Shown here: positions 59,340 through 64,000 of the stretch, piece after piece | Position numbering within the stretch: the stretch's first letter is position 1 | Layout: each line of letters starts with the position of its first letter | Assembly (NCBI GenBank): GCA_964016885.1 | Contig: OZ024748.1 | Location: 7,254,001-7,318,000, forward strand | Origin: Eledone cirrhosa | Taxonomy: Eukaryota | Direction: 5' to 3' | DNA: 64,000 bases | Made by a program: the position numbers and the translations under genes | Notes under the pieces: model-generated | Told to the model about the DNA's origin: nothing | The model's input: only the letters and a program-made list of their open reading frames with translations | Database searches by the model: none

Positions 59340-59481
59340 ATGAATGATGTGAAGTAATTAAATATATATGATAAATATATATTATATAATTACATATAAT
59401 AATTATATTATATATATTAAATATAAATATATATAATAAATATATATCATATGAAATAAACATGAAACTCCGTGGTATATT

Positions 59482-59516
<35 letters not shown>

Positions 59517-59517
59517 T

Positions 59518-59567
<50 letters not shown>

Positions 59568-59568
<1 letters not shown>

Positions 59569-59693
59569 ACGAAGGAAATGTGGTAAGGAACCAGGTGGAA
59601 CATAACGCACCAAAGTACTCAATACTTAGGGTAGTAGAGTGGGTAATAGAAACGAGTAGGACCCCGACGGCTGAGCTCAAGCCGTTTCGACGC

Positions 59694-59697
<4 letters not shown>
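59568..59697 (-). mobile_element. Family A element, truncated without inversion
   Basis: Conserved 3' terminus; GAAACGGCTTGAGCTCAGCCGTC on the minus strand. Confidence 0.9.
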
Positions 59698-59728
<31 letters not shown>

Positions 59729-59837
59729 CTTTTTGCATATATGTATAGATATATATAATTATGTAGATATTTATTTTTATATGTAAATGATTTCTACGCG
59801 TCCAGAAATGCTTCTTTCGTTTAAAATCAGCAGGATT

Positions 59838-59881
59838 TTCCTGATGATTCAATACGAATGAAACAGTTCTAGTCGTGTAGA
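59838..59881 (+). ncRNA. Family B hammerhead motif (near intact)
   Basis: UUC-CUGAUGA-UUC-aauac-GAA-U-GAA-ACAG-uucuaguc-GUGU-A|GA; one stem III mismatch and a weak stem I. Confidence 0.6.
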
Positions 59882-59898
59882 CGTTATTTCTCTCTATA

Positions 59899-59957
59899 TA
59901 AAGTACCAGTAATGCACTGGTGAATTGCTGGCCTTGTGCCTAAAGTAGAAACAGTTA
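59899..59957 (+). mobile_element. 5'-truncated SINE with 20-bp target-site duplication, inserted into a family B element
   Basis: gttatttctctctatataaa at 59883-59902 and 59954-59973. Confidence 0.85.
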
Positions 59958-60096
59958 TTTCTCTCTATATAAAAATACCTACACCTACACTCTACCAATT
60001 TATTGTATACCTTCTTTAACTGTCGTTACGGTTACCACCCACAACATATTATATATATATATGTGTGTGTGTGGATATATATATATATATATATGC

Positions 60097-60137
<41 letters not shown>

Positions 60138-60291
60138 TATATATATGCATGTATATATATATATGCATATATATATATGCATGTATATATACATATATAT
60201 ATATATATGCATGTATATATATATATATAAACTTAATTTTATACATAATTAAAGATATATATATGTATATATGTATATATATAGGCATATG

Positions 60292-60345
<54 letters not shown>

Positions 60346-60677
60346 ATATCAGTTATAAATATTCAACTGATCAAATAACAACTATACATACCATCAATGG
60401 AACAATAATTCACATTTAAATTTTAAAGTATAATTTGAAAAAATTAAAATTGCCGTTAATCTTTTAAGATATACAACGGCACTACTCGACAGTATATTAT
60501 TAACATAATTTAAAACTTTAGTTTTTATCATGTACATGTATAATTAAATATAATATTTTATTATTTTTAATTTCCATATTATACAAATATATGTCTTTTT
60601 AATGGCATCATAAATAAAAGTTTTAGAAATTATCACTGTATAAATCAATTTCTTTCCTGTATTTTATACACAGATAA

Positions 60678-60719
<42 letters not shown>

Positions 60720-60859
60720 CGTATATATATACGTCTATATGTATATATGGTTCTATGGGTGCATATATACACACACACATTATATATATACATATATAAT
60801 ATTAAGGATGGTTTGCAGAAGCTATTCAAACAGGTTTGACTTAGTAGAGGACAAATATT

Positions 60860-60954
60860 TCAGAGTGAAATGAGTCCTACAGAAGTAGAACTGTTTCATT
60901 TGGATGAAATCATCAGTATATTAATGATGATTTCATAGGAAAAAAATAGTTCTA
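60860..60954. mobile_element. Family B inverted pair with hammerhead core on the minus strand (60876-60916)
   Basis: CTGATGA-TTTC-atcc-AAAT-GAA-ACAG-ttctactt-CTGT-A; degenerate plus-strand copy at 60925-60954. Confidence 0.65.
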
Positions 60955-61398
60955 AACGGTAATGGTAAATTGGTTTTTATATACATTCATATATATGAGT
61001 ACACGTATATGAATATATGTATCTATATATGTGAGTATATGTGTAGTTATGTATATATATATATGTTTGTATGTGTGAGTTAATTTTGGAATTGATTTTT
61101 AGTAGAAAATAAAATTAGAGATGAAACATGTGTTTAATGCCGTTCGATATATTTAAGTTGGGACATTTGTGTTTATGAGATTCCCTGTGTGTATATGAAG
61201 GTGTGTGTGTGAGTGTGTTTGTTTATATGCATCTATTTTTATATGTGTGTGTGTGTGTAGAAAATACGTTTCTTAAACGTTCTCTGATTGTTCATAGATA
61301 AAGAAGGAATTATTAAATATAAATAGAATTATATAATCAACAAGAGAGTTTTATTCCGAATAAAACTCCATAAATATATATATATATATATATATATT

Positions 61399-61461
61399 AG
61401 TAATAATAATGAATTTGAAGACTAAAATCCAAAGTGCGCTCGATAAGGTTATTTTAATAAA
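61399..61461 (-). mobile_element. Family D short copy
   Basis: 3' end plus a short inverted gttattttaataaat piece. Confidence 0.7.
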
Positions 61462-61578
61462 TATATATATATATCGATGCAAGGATTTATATTTTAAAGG
61501 TAAAAGAGTAAAAAGTAATATCTCTATATATATATATGTATAAAATATATATATACCTGTACACTCTTATAGTATACG

Positions 61579-61626
<48 letters not shown>

Positions 61627-61715
61627 CATATATATATATATATATATACATACATATATATATATATATACATACATACATATATATATATATATACATA
61701 CATATATATATATAT

Positions 61716-61752
<37 letters not shown>

Positions 61753-61753
61753 C

Positions 61754-61784
<31 letters not shown>

Positions 61785-61785
61785 C

Positions 61786-61816
<31 letters not shown>

Positions 61817-61893
61817 CATACATACATATATATGTGTATATATAAGTTAAAACAATGAAATAAAAAATCAAGTCATGAGTGTGTATATATATA

Positions 61894-61941
<48 letters not shown>

Positions 61942-62330
61942 GCGAGAGATACATGTATATAGAGAGATATTCGCGTTTGTAAGTAGGGATGTTATATATA
62001 TTGTAAAAACTTCAATATAAAATATGTAAAATCGTAATAAGCAATAAACATAAAAAGATTTTATATTATATACAAATGCCTGTATACAATAGAAATATGC
62101 ATATACAATGTATAATATATATGTGCATTCGCACATAACCATATATAAAATATATATGTGTAAAACCCATGAATATGTGTATGAATATGTATGTATATTT
62201 ATATACTATTTTATAAATGTAAATATATGTATAGATAGATATATATGTGTGTATGTATGTGTACATATATATATGTATACATATATATAAATATTATATA
62301 TATATACATATATGTATTTATGATATATAT

Positions 62331-62371
<41 letters not shown>

Positions 62372-62465
62372 TTATAATATATATACATATATATTTATTC
62401 ATATATATGGGTGTATAATATACATATTATGCATGCATATATTATATAGATACATTGTATATTAT

Positions 62466-62625
62466 ATTAAAATAACAGATTAAAGTTTAAGCAAAGAATC
62501 GGTGCTTTCACACTTAACGGGATCTTCTGTTACTAAAAAAAAATCAATCGGTGAACAATTAATAAATATTGGCTCTAGGGTTCATACATATTTGATATAT
62601 ATTTATCCACATTTATTATTATTAC
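62466..62625 (+). mobile_element. Family D element with inverted hammerhead piece
   Basis: Minus-strand CAGAAGA-TCCC-gttaa-GTGT-GAAAGCA-ccgattctt-TGCTT. Confidence 0.7.
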
Positions 62626-62802
62626 GATTATATATTTATATATATTTATTTGTATATAATATATATATATATATACATATATATTTAATATATATTTTAA
62701 ACATAATATATATATATTATTATATAAATATATATGTATATATAATATACATATACATACATATTTATTTATTATATATTTGTATATATTATATATAAAT
62801 AC

Positions 62803-62842
<40 letters not shown>

Positions 62843-62901
62843 CATATAATTATTCGCAAAAATTACATAATATATCATATAAACATATATGTACATGTAT
62901 A

Positions 62902-62935
<34 letters not shown>

Positions 62936-63021
62936 ATTGTAATAGTTATTATATACACAAATAAATGCACAAATATAATTTAATAAAATATCATAGAATT
63001 CAGGATCCTCCATTATTATAG

Positions 63022-63113
<92 letters not shown>

Positions 63114-63181
63114 CCCCCGAGTTCGCTCTGTCCGAGCGAAAGTATACTCACAAAAACATAGATTCACACACACATACACAC

Positions 63182-63221
<40 letters not shown>

Positions 63222-63345
63222 TATACGCACACACACAGATGCTTATACATACATTTTTCAATCACCGCCCGACGAAGCGGCGTGTTACACGAAATATATT
63301 GGCGTCACAAATTGAACTATGCACCTATATAAACTCACAAAATGC

Positions 63346-63402
<57 letters not shown>

Positions 63403-63415
63403 ATGTATATGTATA

Positions 63416-63488
<73 letters not shown>

Positions 63489-63539
63489 TTATATGTATAC
63501 ATATATAAATATATATATATTCATATTAACATATATATA

Positions 63540-63569
63540 TATGTATGTATATAGATATTGTATGTAGAA

Positions 63570-63611
<42 letters not shown>

Positions 63612-63738
63612 TCAACAATGATATATATATATATATGACATATATATATATATATATATATACATAAAGATGTACACACGCACACACACACATGTATGTA
63701 TGTATGTATGTATGTATGTATGTATGTATGTATGTATG

Positions 63739-63773
<35 letters not shown>

Positions 63774-63774
63774 G

Positions 63775-63808
<34 letters not shown>

Positions 63809-63897
63809 TATATACATACATATGTGTGTGTATGCGTGTGTACATCTTTATGTATATATATATATATGTCATATATATATATATATATCAATGTTGA

Positions 63898-63939
<42 letters not shown>

Positions 63940-63970
63940 TTCTACATACAATATCTATATACATATATAT
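63540..63970. repeat. Large inverted duplication (arms of 150 bp or more) of interrupted TA sequence
   Basis: Unique blocks (agatattgtatgtagaatg, tattcaaca, gacata, taaagatgtacacacgca) recur reverse-complemented in mirrored order. Confidence 0.9.
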
Positions 63971-64000
63971 ATATATATATATCATTGTTGAATATAAATA

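Overview
This is AT-rich, extremely microsatellite-dense eukaryotic DNA, intergenic or intronic. The SINE families and the density of (TA)n/(TG)n/(AG)n tracts suggest an octopod cephalopod, but this is an inference from recalled repeats, not a search. Almost all supplied ORFs are translations of simple repeats. The only coding candidate is a 21-bp minisatellite exon-like ORF (505-1759, minus strand, Asn/Thr/Ser-rich). Ordinary repeats include more than a dozen tRNA-derived SINE copies and fragments, RTE-like LINE 5' and 3' fragments, two Tc1/mariner-type MITEs and one hAT-type MITE. The main finding is a set of at least six families of short (60-330 bp) non-coding elements, more than 25 copies in 64 kb. 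They sit in (TA)n or related tracts and have a fixed 3' end fused to the microsatellite. Many carry an inverted, duplicated 5' arm (fold-back), and each family has a minimal type-I hammerhead ribozyme motif in at least one copy, often with a palindromic stem/loop III. Five hammerheads can be folded completely by eye (12361-12423, 24678-24748, 34825-34860, 37261-37297, 48415-48479), with structure-preserving stem changes between copies. This architecture matches pLTR ends of Penelope-like retroelements or non-autonomous retrozyme-like derivatives, although no RT or GIY-YIG ORF is present in the window.
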